A DNA stretch of 64,000 bases, from assembly GCA_963768305.1 (NCBI GenBank), contig CAVYHE010000010.1, positions 32,001 to 96,000 on the forward strand. The letters run 5' to 3'. Numbering within the stretch: position 1 is the stretch's first letter; every line of letters begins with the position of its first letter. Below, in pieces: positions 9,220 to 19,480 of this stretch. Position numbers and translations under genes: made by a program. This DNA is from an uncultured bacterium (GTDB taxonomy: Bacteria; Margulisbacteria; WOR-1; CAVSGV01). The notes under the pieces are model-generated. The model was given only the letters and a program-made list of their open reading frames with translations, ran no database searches and was not told where the DNA came from.

Positions 9220-10595
9220 CCCTTCATTCCGAACGATTCCATCTTCGATATCAGCGTCGTCCTGTGGATGCCCAACGCTTTTGCGGCCCTTGTCTGGTTG
9301 TTCCCTTGGGATTTCAGGGCTTCCATGATGATCTTTTTCTCATAGCTCTTTAAAGCCTGCAGGAGCGAGCTCTCGCCCAAAAGCAGTTCATTCGCGCCCG
9401 GAGTCTTTTGATCCATAAATTCCATTGGGAGATGTCCGGTGTCAATATTATCGTCCTTTGAAAGAGTGATCGTCCGCTCAAGCAGGTTCTCAAGCTCGCG
9501 AACGTTCCCCGGCCAGGAATAATTCTGAAAAGCCCTAAGTGCCTCGCCGGTTATATATTTTACGCTTTTGTTAAGCTCTTTGTTGTATTTTTCAATGAAA
9601 TAATTCACGAAAAGAGGTATGTCATCTATCCTATCACGCAGCGGAGGGAGGTCTATTGGTATGATGTTAAGCCTGTAAAAAAGGTCCTCCCTGAATTTCT
9701 TATCTTTGATCGCTTTTTTAATGTCGATGTTCGTGGCGGCAATTATCCGCACATCCACAATGATGGACTTTTCGCCCCCGACCCGCTCAATGGTACCTTC
9801 CTGAATTGTTCTTAACAGCTTTGCCTGCATCGCGAGGGGCATTTCGCCTATTTCATCCAGGAATATCGTCCCGTCATTGGCAAGCTCAAATTTCCCTATG
9901 TGCCGCTCCAGCGCTCCAGTGAAAGCGCCTTTTTCATGCCCGAACATTTCAGATTCAAGAAGAGTTTCCGGAATGGCGGCGCAGTTAACTATGACATAGG
10001 GCTTTTCCGCGCGGCTACTTTTCCTGTGTATCGTCTCGGCAACTATCTCTTTTCCGGTGCCGGATTCCCCGGTAATGAAGACCGTGCTGTTGCTTTCGGA
10101 TATCTTATCTATGATCTCGTAAATTTTCCTGATCTTTTCGTTTTTCCCTATCAGCTCGCCCATGGACATCCTCTCCGCCAGGGCCTGCTTCAGGTACAGG
10201 TTCTCCATAAGCATCTTTTTTCTTTCAAGCGCTTTTTTTATCGTTGCGAGCAGGTCCTCCACTTCGAACGGCTTGATGATGTAATCGAAAGCCCCATTCT
10301 TAAGGCAGTCCACGGCCGGCTTTACTTCTTTTGACGCAGTGACCATGATAATTTCCAGTGAGCCGTCAAGATCTTTTAATTTTTTCAACACTGCCACGCC
10401 ATTCATCTCCGGCATCATCACGTCCAGAAGCACGACATCAAAATGTTTTTCCGTGGCGAATTTAACGGCATCAGCTCCTTTGGTCGTGGCGGTGAGATCG
10501 TAATTTTCTTTCAGAAGATTTTTATAAAGCAGGAGCATGTCATTTTCATCATCGACTGACAAAATACTTGGTCTGAGTTTGCCCAATGTAATCAC
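9216..10595 (-). CDS. Sigma54-dependent response regulator, NtrC family (REC-AAA+-Fis HTH)
   Basis: VDDE/LLDVMMP receiver; GESGTGKE; ESEMFGHEKGAFTGA; WPGNVREL; NQTRAAKALGIHRTTL. Confidence 0.95.
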   Translation of the reverse strand: MITLGKLRPSILSVDDENDMLLLYKNLLKENYDLTATTKGADAVKFATEKHFDVVLLDVMMPEMNGVAVLKKLKDLDGSLEIIMVTASKEVKPAVDCLKNGAFDYIIKPFEVEDLLATIKKALERKKMLMENLYLKQALAERMSMGELIGKNEKIRKIYEIIDKISESNSTVFITGESGTGKEIVAETIHRKSSRAEKPYVIVNCAAIPETLLESEMFGHEKGAFTGALERHIGKFELANDGTIFLDEIGEMPLAMQAKLLRTIQEGTIERVGGEKSIIVDVRIIAATNIDIKKAIKDKKFREDLFYRLNIIPIDLPPLRDRIDDIPLFVNYFIEKYNKELNKSVKYITGEALRAFQNYSWPGNVRELENLLERTITLSKDDNIDTGHLPMEFMDQKTPGANELLLGESSLLQALKSYEKKIIMEALKSQGNNQTRAAKALGIHRTTLISKMESFGMKG

Positions 10596-10670
10596 CTCAA
10601 ATATTATAATAATAGCAATAATATAGCCGAAAAATTATGTTGTTTTAATGAGGAAAATTATACCATGAGA

Positions 10671-10723
10671 GGTAAATTGTAGCAAATTTCGACACTTAAC
10701 TGTCGAAAAAGGCTACAATTACC
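10671..10723. repeat. Nested inverted repeat (terminator or operator)
   Basis: GGTAAATTGTAGC-aaa-TTTCGACA-cttaac-TGTCGAAA-aag-GCTACAATTACC. Confidence 0.6.
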
Positions 10724-11844
10724 AGATCATCCAGTCATTTTTGAATTTGGTCCATTTCATATCAATGACCCTTAGAGTTTTCTTTCCGCCGTCTTCGCTG
10801 AATTTCTATTATACCATCCATCAAATATTTGATGTTGTTTATTGTCTGTTCACTGACGGAACCCGCCTCGACGATGAAAAGGGTAGTTACTCCGCCGAAT
10901 GCCGTAGAGGTGCGGCTTATTTGCGTCAGAAAAAGCTGAGCGGCCGCAAATTCAAAATTCAATAAAAGACTAGAAATAGAATCGATGACCCTTCTTCCTC
11001 CGTGTTTTTTCTGGATAGTCTGTCCTATGTCCATTCCCGCCTTGCTTATAATATCGGCAAGCTGGTCCAGTGTCAGGACCTCTGTAACCTTGAATTTTTC
11101 AGTTGAATTCTTCTCACCGGAAGACCACGAATATGCGTCGACGAACCTTATCATATTATTATTTTCCTGTTCGATCATATTTGATGAAGACAGCTTATTG
11201 ATCTCGCTCTTGACCAAAGAGGGGTCGTCATCCACGGCGACATACAGGCATTTCTCACTATAAGCAAGCCCCTTTGCAATGAATCTTTTGGCGAACGTCG
11301 ATTTTCCTTTTCCAAGAGGCCCCACCAAGAGAATATTCGCTCCCTTGGGGATCCCGCCCCCCAGCATTTTATCCAGGGGCTCAATGCCCGAGGGGATCAA
11401 AGCGGATGCGATATCGGTCTGGCTTATGGGGATGCCGGAAGCGGCAATGTTATGTTTCCCTTTTGCTTCCCTTTCAAATATTAACGATACTCTTTCCTTA
11501 AGTTCCTCCGCCCTGAAAGGTTTTGTGAGGAAATCATTCGCCCCGCCTTCAAACCCGGTGAGCTTATTGAATTCATCCCCAAGGGCGGAAAGTATCAGTA
11601 TGGGCACGCGGGCAAGGACGGGATCGTTGCGCAAGGCCTTGCAAACATCAAAGCCGGTTTTCTTCGGCATCCGGATATCTGTGATGACCATATCCGGCTT
11701 TTCCGAAATGGCTTTTGATATTGCTTCAATGCCGTCCGACGCAAGGATCACATCATATCCGGCTTCTTTAAGGAGTTTTTCGCCAAGCAGGCGAATGTTG
11801 GCTTCGTCATCGGCGAGGAGGATCTTTTGCTTTTTTTCAGGCAT
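10719..11844 (-). CDS. Receiver domain fused to KaiC/RAD55-like ATPase (indel near 3' end; corrected end ...FSEDGGKKTLRVIDMKWTKFKNDWMIW*)
   Basis: LADDE, DIRMP, KPF receiver; SGIEPLDKMLGGGIP, GPLGKGKST Walker A, VIDSIS Walker B, YLMDGIIE. Confidence 0.88.
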
Positions 11845-11909
11845 TCAAAATATTATATAGCATAATAATCACCTTGGCAATTTTATTGTATTTGTGATAG
11901 ATTTTACCG
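11845..11909. promoter_or_regulatory. Back-to-back sigma70-type promoters for apparently leaderless REC-KaiC (-) and recO (+) transcripts
   Basis: Minus: TTGCCA-17-TATAAT-7nt-ATG; plus: TTGGCA-18-TAGATT (extended TG)-6nt-ATG. Confidence 0.6.
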
Positions 11910-12539
11910 ATGGCGCTTTATAATATCGAAGCGATTTGCATAAGAAGCGTTAACACGGGCGAAGCGGACAAGATAGTCACGCTTTTTTCAAAAGTCCACG
12001 GGAAAATACGCGCTATCGCGAAAGGCGCGAGGCGGCCCGCTTCAAAATTCGGGGGAAGGCTGGAAGTCTTCAGCTACGACCACATCCAGCTTGCCACGGC
12101 CAGGCATTTGGACATCATGAGCCAGTGCGAGACCATAGAGAGCTTTTACAGGCTGAGAGAGGACAGGAAAAAACTCAATTGCGGGTTTTACATCGTCAAG
12201 CTTATTGATATAATCACAGAAGACAGGCAGAGGAATGATGAACTTTTTGACCTTCTTCTGGGCGCTTTATATGCCCTGCAGTCGTCGAGCGATCCGGGCA
12301 TTCTGTCCAGGGCTTTCGAGGTAAAGCTGTCCAAAGTTGAGGGTTTTCTTCCGTCGGACCAAATGCTCGAAAACAAGTTCAGGAGGCTGCCGCTCATCGT
12401 TGATAAATTAAGCGGGGACATGAAAGATCTGCCGACAGATCTTTCGGAGAATGACCTTAAAATATCCGGCCGGATCTTCAGGAATATCATTTCAGACCAT
12501 ACGGGCAAGGATATAAGAAAGGCAAGGGATTTCATATAA
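11910..12539 (+). CDS. recO: DNA repair protein RecO
   Basis: GEADKIVTLFS...GKIRAIAKGARRP.SKFGGRLE.F. Confidence 0.93.
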   Translation: MALYNIEAICIRSVNTGEADKIVTLFSKVHGKIRAIAKGARRPASKFGGRLEVFSYDHIQLATARHLDIMSQCETIESFYRLREDRKKLNCGFYIVKLIDIITEDRQRNDELFDLLLGALYALQSSSDPGILSRAFEVKLSKVEGFLPSDQMLENKFRRLPLIVDKLSGDMKDLPTDLSENDLKISGRIFRNIISDHTGKDIRKARDFI

Positions 12540-12559
12540 CAAGGCCAAGGTTCTCAGTT

Positions 12560-13744
12560 GTGCTCTCGAACCCAGGATTCCTTCTGCTTTGGATGGGGCA
12601 GCTCCTATCTCAGCTTGCAGACAGGATATTTATTTATGTCCTCATGATACTTGCTTATTCTCTAACAAGATCCAATCTCGGGGTCAGCATTCCAATGCTT
12701 TCTTTCGGCATCCCGTCAATCCTCTTTGGCTCTCTGGCTGGGGTTTATTCGGACAGGCTGGACAGGAAAGGTATTATGGTGGTCTCCTGCATATTAAGGG
12801 GCGCGCTCATACTTTTGCTCGTTCCTCTTGTCAATAAATCCATCGCCTCGATATTTTTTGTGAGCTTTTTCATCTATACCGTCGCGCAGTTCTTCGCTCC
12901 GGCCGAATCATCGTCAATACCGGAACTTGTCGAAAAGAAACACCTCATCATCGCGAATTCACTTTTTGTCATGACATGGATGGGCGCGTCCATGCTTGGG
13001 TTCGGTCTGGGAGCTCCCCTCATGAACTGGTTCGGGGAGGAAGGGACTTTCGTTCTTTCCGCGACTTTCTATATCATTTCAGCTGGCTTCATATTCCTTA
13101 TCCCTCTCAAATATCAGACCAAAAGCATTGAAGCAACGACGGGGGATGTGCTTCATGACCTGAAGAACGGCTTCGATTACATAGGCAAGAGCACCATCAT
13201 CGGGGTATCGCTGCTCAAGATGTTCATATCCACTTCGGCCCTTGCCGTGGTCAGCCTTCTGGCAATATCGTACGCTAAGGAAGTGCTCATGATAGGGGAG
13301 AGGAACTTCGGATATCTTGTTATTGCCGCGGGGCTAGGCATGTTCGCGGGAATGGCATTTTTGGGAAGGGTCAGCCATATGTTCAAAAAATCGAACATTC
13401 TGATGGCAAGTTTCCTCATCTCGGGGATAGCGCTCTTCCTTGTTGCTGCGGTAAGCGACATAAAGATCGCGCTCCTGCTCATATTTGTTCTTGGTGTTTG
13501 CAATATTCTCATCAATTCTTCCATACAAACTATTCTTCAGTCGGTCGTGCCCGCGGGGATGAGAGGCAGGGTGTTCGGAGCGCAGAACATGCTCATAAAT
13601 TCCGCGTTCACTTTCCCGCTTCTGATCTTCGGGTCCATAGCCGACGTCTGGGGGATAAGGGCCGCGATCACCGTTCTCGGGTTCACCATGCTGGCCGGAG
13701 GATCCGTCGGGTTCCTATGGAGGGGCGTAAAGCTGCCGGAGTGA
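12560..13744 (+). CDS. MFS transporter (MFS_3/EntS-like)
   Basis: ~12 hydrophobic segments; LWMGQLLSQLAD; G.YSDRLDRK; P.GMRGRVFG. Confidence 0.9.
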   Translation: MLSNPGFLLLWMGQLLSQLADRIFIYVLMILAYSLTRSNLGVSIPMLSFGIPSILFGSLAGVYSDRLDRKGIMVVSCILRGALILLLVPLVNKSIASIFFVSFFIYTVAQFFAPAESSSIPELVEKKHLIIANSLFVMTWMGASMLGFGLGAPLMNWFGEEGTFVLSATFYIISAGFIFLIPLKYQTKSIEATTGDVLHDLKNGFDYIGKSTIIGVSLLKMFISTSALAVVSLLAISYAKEVLMIGERNFGYLVIAAGLGMFAGMAFLGRVSHMFKKSNILMASFLISGIALFLVAAVSDIKIALLLIFVLGVCNILINSSIQTILQSVVPAGMRGRVFGAQNMLINSAFTFPLLIFGSIADVWGIRAAITVLGFTMLAGGSVGFLWRGVKLPE

Positions 13745-14718
13745 GACCTCTTGTCTGCAACTATTATCTGACCTTCAAATGCAATGATGCAAGCGAGCTG
13801 AACGACCTGTGGCAAAAAAAAGAATTGCAGGAGATGCCGGAAACAGCGGCCGCTTTGGTAAAGGAAAATCTAAGGCGGCTGAAAAAGCTGGGGCTTTTTG
13901 CGGTTAACTTCGCCGGTGGCGAACCGCTCCTTTATGACGAACTTCCCGAGGTTCTCAGAGCTTCAAAAAGATCCGGATTTTTCAACATATTGACCACTAA
14001 CGGGATCCTTTATGAGGGAAGGGCCCGCGATATCACACCATTTATCGACAATCTGGTTTTTTCGCTTGACTCTCCATTTCCCGCGGAACACAACAGGATA
14101 AAAGGCACCGATTGCTATCAGGCGGTCATGGACGGGATAAGGACGGCAAAACAGCTTGGCAAAAGCCCCATCATCGGCTTCACTGTTACCAGGGATACTG
14201 TAGGACTCCTTCCCGAAATGGACGATCTTTCCCGGAATCTCGGAGTTCTACTTTGGATAAATCCGGTGTATAATTGGGCCGGGCTTGAGGGTTTCAATAA
14301 TGAAACTGTTGATTATATCAATAGTTTTTTCGGCAAAAATAACATTGCTATGGACATGGCAAGCCTGAAGCTGATAAAAGAGGGAGGGAACAGCGTCAAA
14401 AGACCCGTTTGCAGGGCGGGCAGCTCTGTATTGACGATATTCCCTGATAATACCCTGGTTTCTCCCTGTATCCATTTGCAAAAGTCCATAATAAAACTTG
14501 AGGATAAAGGAAAAAGCATATCAGGATCTCTCAAGGGAAGGGAGGCTGTATCGGCGGTCTCAATCCACGGCCGCGATGAAAAATGCCGGGGCTGCATGGA
14601 CTGGTCTTATCTGGGCCCGTCATTTCTGCAGGGCATGAACAGGATGACTTTTCCGGCGATTTATTCGCTATGGAAACTTTTCTGGAAAGATATCAAATAT
14701 AAAGGAGCAAGAACATGA
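13741..14718 (+). CDS. Radical SAM/SPASM-like protein with degenerate cluster motif
   Basis: GTG start overlapping MFS stop; CNYYLTFKCNDASELNDLW, FAGGEPLL, LTTNG, FSLD, CRAG...PC...CRGC. Confidence 0.8.
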   Translation: MRPLVCNYYLTFKCNDASELNDLWQKKELQEMPETAAALVKENLRRLKKLGLFAVNFAGGEPLLYDELPEVLRASKRSGFFNILTTNGILYEGRARDITPFIDNLVFSLDSPFPAEHNRIKGTDCYQAVMDGIRTAKQLGKSPIIGFTVTRDTVGLLPEMDDLSRNLGVLLWINPVYNWAGLEGFNNETVDYINSFFGKNNIAMDMASLKLIKEGGNSVKRPVCRAGSSVLTIFPDNTLVSPCIHLQKSIIKLEDKGKSISGSLKGREAVSAVSIHGRDEKCRGCMDWSYLGPSFLQGMNRMTFPAIYSLWKLFWKDIKYKGART

Positions 14719-15902
14719 AGATACTGATGCTGACGCCTTATTTTTATCCGCATACAGGGGGAACGGAGAAATACGTAAAAGACCTTTCTATTCAGTTGGT
14801 GAAGAACGGCCATGACGTGACTGTAATTTCCTGCAATGTTCCGCGTTCGAAGAAAGCGAAAAAAGATGAGATCATCGACGGCGTAAAGATAAAGCGCCTT
14901 TCCGCCATCGATTTCCTATATTACCTTCCGGTCACGCTTTTTTTCAATCTTAAAATACTGGAAGGGTATGACGTCGTCCACATCCACTGCCCGCCGCACA
15001 GTTTTGTCAGGTCGGTGGCGGGAAGGACGAAAGTGCCGGTAGTTACGACTTTCCACTGCGATATTACGGTGACCGACCAGTTCTTCGGCATCCCGATCCC
15101 TCGTTTCATCACGAGCGGATTTGAAGCGCTTATGAACTGGTACGCAGACAGGTTCCTTCCGAAGGTCGAAGAAATAATCTGCACATCGGAATCATACGCG
15201 TCCACCTCGCCTGTCATGAAAAACTTCCCGCGTAACATCATACCGATAGGCGTTTACCATGATAAGCTTGATGAATCCATCAAAAAACAGGGGATCGATC
15301 CATTAAAAGGCAAGAAAAAACAGATATTATTCCTCGGGCGCCTTGCCGCGAACAAAGGGATCAGATACCTTGTTTCAGCGATGCCGAAGATACTGAATGC
15401 GCATCCTGACGCGAAGCTTATCATCTGCGGAGAAGGGGAAGAAAAGCCGTCCATCGAAAAACAGATAAAAAGCCTGGGATTGGAAGCGAGCATAACATTC
15501 TACGGAACAGTGGACCTTGATACGCTTTCAAAGCTTTACGCCACTTCATCGGTCTTCGTCCTTCCTTCCATAAACAGGCTCGAAGCTTTCGGGATAGTCC
15601 AGCTTGAAGCAATGGCGTGTTATACGCCGGTCGTGGCATCGGATATCCCCGGCGTAAACAGCGTCATGGACATAGGAAAGAGCGGGCTTCTGACCCCCAA
15701 ACAAGAACCGGATGCCATAGCTAATGCTGTCATCAGGATATTGAGCGAACCCGAGCTCATAAGGTCCATGGGCGCGAGAGGCAGGCATCTGGTGGAAACA
15801 AAATACGACTGGCCGATAATTTCCAAGGCAGTCGAGCTGGTCTATCAAAAAGCCATCTCAAAAAAGAAGGCAAGCCTGGCCGGAGGGAGCGGAAGCAAAT
15901 AG
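14715..15902 (+). CDS. Glycosyltransferase family 4 (GT-B)
   Basis: YFYPHTGGTE; LFLGRL...KG; FVLPS...EAFGIVQLEAMA. Confidence 0.93.
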   Translation: MKILMLTPYFYPHTGGTEKYVKDLSIQLVKNGHDVTVISCNVPRSKKAKKDEIIDGVKIKRLSAIDFLYYLPVTLFFNLKILEGYDVVHIHCPPHSFVRSVAGRTKVPVVTTFHCDITVTDQFFGIPIPRFITSGFEALMNWYADRFLPKVEEIICTSESYASTSPVMKNFPRNIIPIGVYHDKLDESIKKQGIDPLKGKKKQILFLGRLAANKGIRYLVSAMPKILNAHPDAKLIICGEGEEKPSIEKQIKSLGLEASITFYGTVDLDTLSKLYATSSVFVLPSINRLEAFGIVQLEAMACYTPVVASDIPGVNSVMDIGKSGLLTPKQEPDAIANAVIRILSEPELIRSMGARGRHLVETKYDWPIISKAVELVYQKAISKKKASLAGGSGSK

Positions 15903-16889
15903 TGAAGGTGCTTGTAACAGGCGGGGCCGGCTACATCGGTTCCGTTACCGTCCGCGAATTGATCAAAGAAGGATATGAAGTTGTAATTTTTGACAGTCTG
16001 GTCTATGGCCATGAGCAGTCCGTTCCCAAAGAGGCCAAATTCATAAAAGGCGACCTGCAGGACAAAAAAACCGTTCTTTCGGCGATCGCGAAGGAAAAGA
16101 TAGAAGCGGTCGTGCATTTCGCAGGGGCCTCGCTGGTTGGAGAATCGGTGAAGGAGCCGCTCAAATATTTTAGGAACAATGTGGGAGGCGGGCTGAACCT
16201 TCTTGAATCAATGAAAGAGACCGGCGTCGACAAGATAATATTCTCTTCTTCAGCCGCGGTTTACGGAGAGCCGGAGAGGATCCCCATCCAGGAAGATGAT
16301 CATAAAGAGCCGACAAATCCATACGGGGAAACGAAGCTGATGTTCGAGAAATTCCTCAAATGGTTCGGGTTAGCCTATGGTATCCGTTCCGTCTGTTTGC
16401 GCTATTTCAATGCGGCAGGCGCCGACACGGAGAACGGTCTTGGTGAAGATCGATGATCCCGAAACTCATCTGATACCCATCATACTTAAAGTCGCGCTAG
16501 GGCAGCGGGAAAAGATAGATATTTTCGGGACGGATTACGACACTCCGGACGGCACCTGCGTCAGGGATTACGTTCACGTGAAGGACCTGGCAGTATCACA
16601 TGTGATGGCGCTGAAACATTTAATGGAAGGCGGAGCATCTTCTTATTATAATCTTGGCTCTTCAAAAGGATATTCGGTCAGCGAGGTCATAGATGTCGCC
16701 CGAAAGATCACCGGCAAGCCGATAAAAGCCGTTGAGTCTCCCCGAAGGGCAGGCGATCCGCCAAAGCTTGTAGCGAGCAGCGAAAAGATAAAGAAAGAAC
16801 TGGGATTCAAACTCGGCTACAGCGATCTTGAAACTATAATTTCAGACGCCTGGAAGTGGCATTCACAGCATCCTCAAGGATATAAATGA
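15902..16889 (+). CDS. galE: UDP-glucose 4-epimerase (one indel near 16450)
   Basis: [14 protein letters not shown]...[27 protein letters not shown]; continues PETHLIP...[11 protein letters not shown] in another frame. Confidence 0.93.
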
Positions 16890-17982
16890 CGAAGATATTA
16901 TATCTTTATTCCGATACGGGCGGCGGCCACAGGGCCGCGGCCAATTCTCTTATGACAGCTGTTAAACGGCTTAAAGGCGAAGAGATCGAACAGGAAGCTA
17001 TCGATATCTTCGCCCAAGGCAGCTCTTTCCTTAATATTTTTGCCAGAGCTTATGCTCCCGTGATCAAATACGCGCCGTGGTTCTGGCGCTTCCTGTGGTT
17101 CTCGCTTAACGATAACAAAAGGCTCAAAATAATGGAGAAGATCGCCACGCCTTTCATATTGAACAGTATTGCAAGGATATTCGACGAAAAAAAACCGGAC
17201 ATACTGGTTTCCGTGCATCCGCTTGTGAACCATCTGTCAATTAAAGCAATAAAAAAGATCGGGCTGAATATCCCTTACATTACGGTAACCATGGATCCGG
17301 TGGACCTTCATAAGGCCTGGATAAGCCCGGAAACCGATTATATTACCACTGGCACCGAGGAAGCGAAGCAGATATGCCTGAAGGAAGGACTGCCTGAGAA
17401 CAAGATCAAACTTCTCGGCATCCCCATCGATCCCAGATTCTCCGATGAACACAATAAGAAGGAAGTCAGGAGATCGATGAATTTAAAAGAGGACCTTTAT
17501 ACCGTTCTTGTAATGGGCGGGGGGAAGGCGCGGGCAACATTTTCGACATTGTTTCCCAGTTGAACAGGAGCTCGCTTCAGATGCAGCTTATAGTCATTTG
17601 CGGAAGGAACGAAGCTTTAAAGAATAAGCTCAACTCAATGATGATGAGGTTCCCTAAAAATATAATAGGGTTCACGAATGAAGTGCCGTCGGTAATGGCG
17701 GCTTCCGATATTATCATAACAAAAGGCGGGCCCGGAGCGATCTTTGAAGCATTAGCCAGAGATCTTCCCATGATCATCACAAGCTGGCTTCCCGGACAGG
17801 AAGAGGGGAATATCAAATTCGTCCTTGCCCACGATATCGGAAAGGTCTGCACGGATCCAACTAAGATCATACAAATGATCGAAGAGATCAGATCGGACGT
17901 TCATATTAAAGATAATATTCAAAAAGCGAAGAAACCTCATGCCGTGTTCGATATCGCGAATTTGATCTTGGAACAAATATGA
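16886..17982 (+). CDS. MGDG synthase/UgtP-like diacylglycerol glycosyltransferase (indel in G-run near 17520)
   Basis: [51 protein letters not shown]. Confidence 0.88.
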
Positions 17983-19436
17983 AACAAATCGCGTTCTCCA
18001 TCGTCATCTTGTTCTTATCCTTATTTTCTCCCGTTCTTTGCCAGGAAATGCCAAAGGATGTTCCATCCGATAACTTCGCGTACAGCGCGATACAGGACCT
18101 AGTTAACAGAGGGATAAACGTTTCTCAAGGTTATCCGGACGGCACATTCAGGGGGGACAGGTATACCAGCCGGTATGAAAATGCGTATCTCATGGCCTCT
18201 CTCGCCCTTAAATTGAAAAGAACAGCTTCGCTTGATCCGGACCTTTCGGACATTAAAGATGAGCTCTCGTATCTGAGAAATGATTTGTCCGGCATAAAAC
18301 AAGCACCTGCCGGGGAAAATGACATTAATTTCGGCGGATCATTGGAATTGAAGAGCATGTTCGGGAACCTGCTCGCGTACGACCGGGATGATATGGGGCT
18401 GTCAGGACCCGAGACGAATTATCGTTTCAAATATACGATAGAAAAGAAAATGAGCGACGACGCCGCTATAAAGGTGAATCTGGATACGATGGACGGTGCG
18501 TTCAATTCATCGACGTTCAGGAATTTTGCTACTGAGATAATGGATTTTGAAGGGGATCTGTCGATCAATATCGGACTGGAAAATCCGCTTAAGATACAGA
18601 CTTTATTCGGGCCCGGCAGTGTCCTTCACAGAGATACAAGCGGCGTTGCGCCCAGCGAGGATGATACCTATTTTGTCAGGCCCAGGCCCACACTTACGGT
18701 ATCAACTATCCTGGGCGGATGGAATGTCGCGGGGACGTACGCCGCGCGCGGAGTTGACAGCTTCGGATCGGTGGCAACGAACGAAGTGAACGTTAAGTTC
18801 GACAGAAAGATCGGCGTCCTGCCGATGGTCGGATCATCGGAATTCACCAGCACGACCAGATATGTTTTCATCGATCTCCTTGACCCGACGAGCATGGCGA
18901 ATGATTTTCATCAGGAAATATCGCTTCTGATGAAGCAAAACGACAGCGTATCGGAAAAGGTCCTTGTGGGATCATCATCAAATGACAGTCCGAACAGCCA
19001 GTATTACTTGAATTTCGAGCTTTACCTGAAGGATCTGTTCAACATAGGCGCAAGTACGAATTTATATTTTAATTCCGTCGGTATGGATTACCGTCAGGGA
19101 CTGGACAGCCTTGAATTCACTCCCCTGAACCTTTTCAACAGAAAGATACTTGACGGAACAATAGATCTGGGGATGGAATTTTCCGCGCCGTTGACGGACA
19201 AACTGACCTTTAAAAATAAAATGGAGCTGGTCACCGATACTTTATACAGGATCGACAGGGACGCTCCGGGCACTTCATATACCCATGAATTTTCACTTGA
19301 CCTGCAAGTCAATAATGATCTGACGTTCAATACTTTTTACAGGTATTATTTCGTTCCGAGCAAGCTTGACCAGTTCTCAAATGCCGTGCCCGAAGAATCC
19401 GATATTCTCGGGTTCGGCTTGAAGTTCGAGTTTTAG
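17979..19436 (+). CDS. SLH-domain outer-membrane protein (OmpM/SomA-like architecture)
   Basis: Signal peptide; SLH (DVP...AY.AI..LV..G..QGYPDGTFRG...SRYE.A); coiled coil; beta-rich body; C-terminal FGLKFEF. Confidence 0.8.
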   Translation: MKQIAFSIVILFLSLFSPVLCQEMPKDVPSDNFAYSAIQDLVNRGINVSQGYPDGTFRGDRYTSRYENAYLMASLALKLKRTASLDPDLSDIKDELSYLRNDLSGIKQAPAGENDINFGGSLELKSMFGNLLAYDRDDMGLSGPETNYRFKYTIEKKMSDDAAIKVNLDTMDGAFNSSTFRNFATEIMDFEGDLSINIGLENPLKIQTLFGPGSVLHRDTSGVAPSEDDTYFVRPRPTLTVSTILGGWNVAGTYAARGVDSFGSVATNEVNVKFDRKIGVLPMVGSSEFTSTTRYVFIDLLDPTSMANDFHQEISLLMKQNDSVSEKVLVGSSSNDSPNSQYYLNFELYLKDLFNIGASTNLYFNSVGMDYRQGLDSLEFTPLNLFNRKILDGTIDLGMEFSAPLTDKLTFKNKMELVTDTLYRIDRDAPGTSYTHEFSLDLQVNNDLTFNTFYRYYFVPSKLDQFSNAVPEESDILGFGLKFEF

Positions 19437-19462
19437 ACAATAAATTGCCCGAATGATATACT
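19434..19462 (+). promoter_or_regulatory. Sigma70-type promoter of second SLH-OMP
   Basis: TAGACA-17-TATACT followed by AGGAGA SD and ATG at 19481. Confidence 0.55.
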
Positions 19463-19480
19463 AGGGTGAAGGAGAGTAAT

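Noticed and set aside
10719..11844. Circadian kaiC clock gene
   Set aside because: Single ATPase domain, no kaiA/kaiB neighbours.
13498..13740. Long N-terminal extension of the radical SAM ORF in the ORF track
   Set aside because: Overlaps the MFS gene out of frame; GTG at 13741 gives the expected N-terminus.
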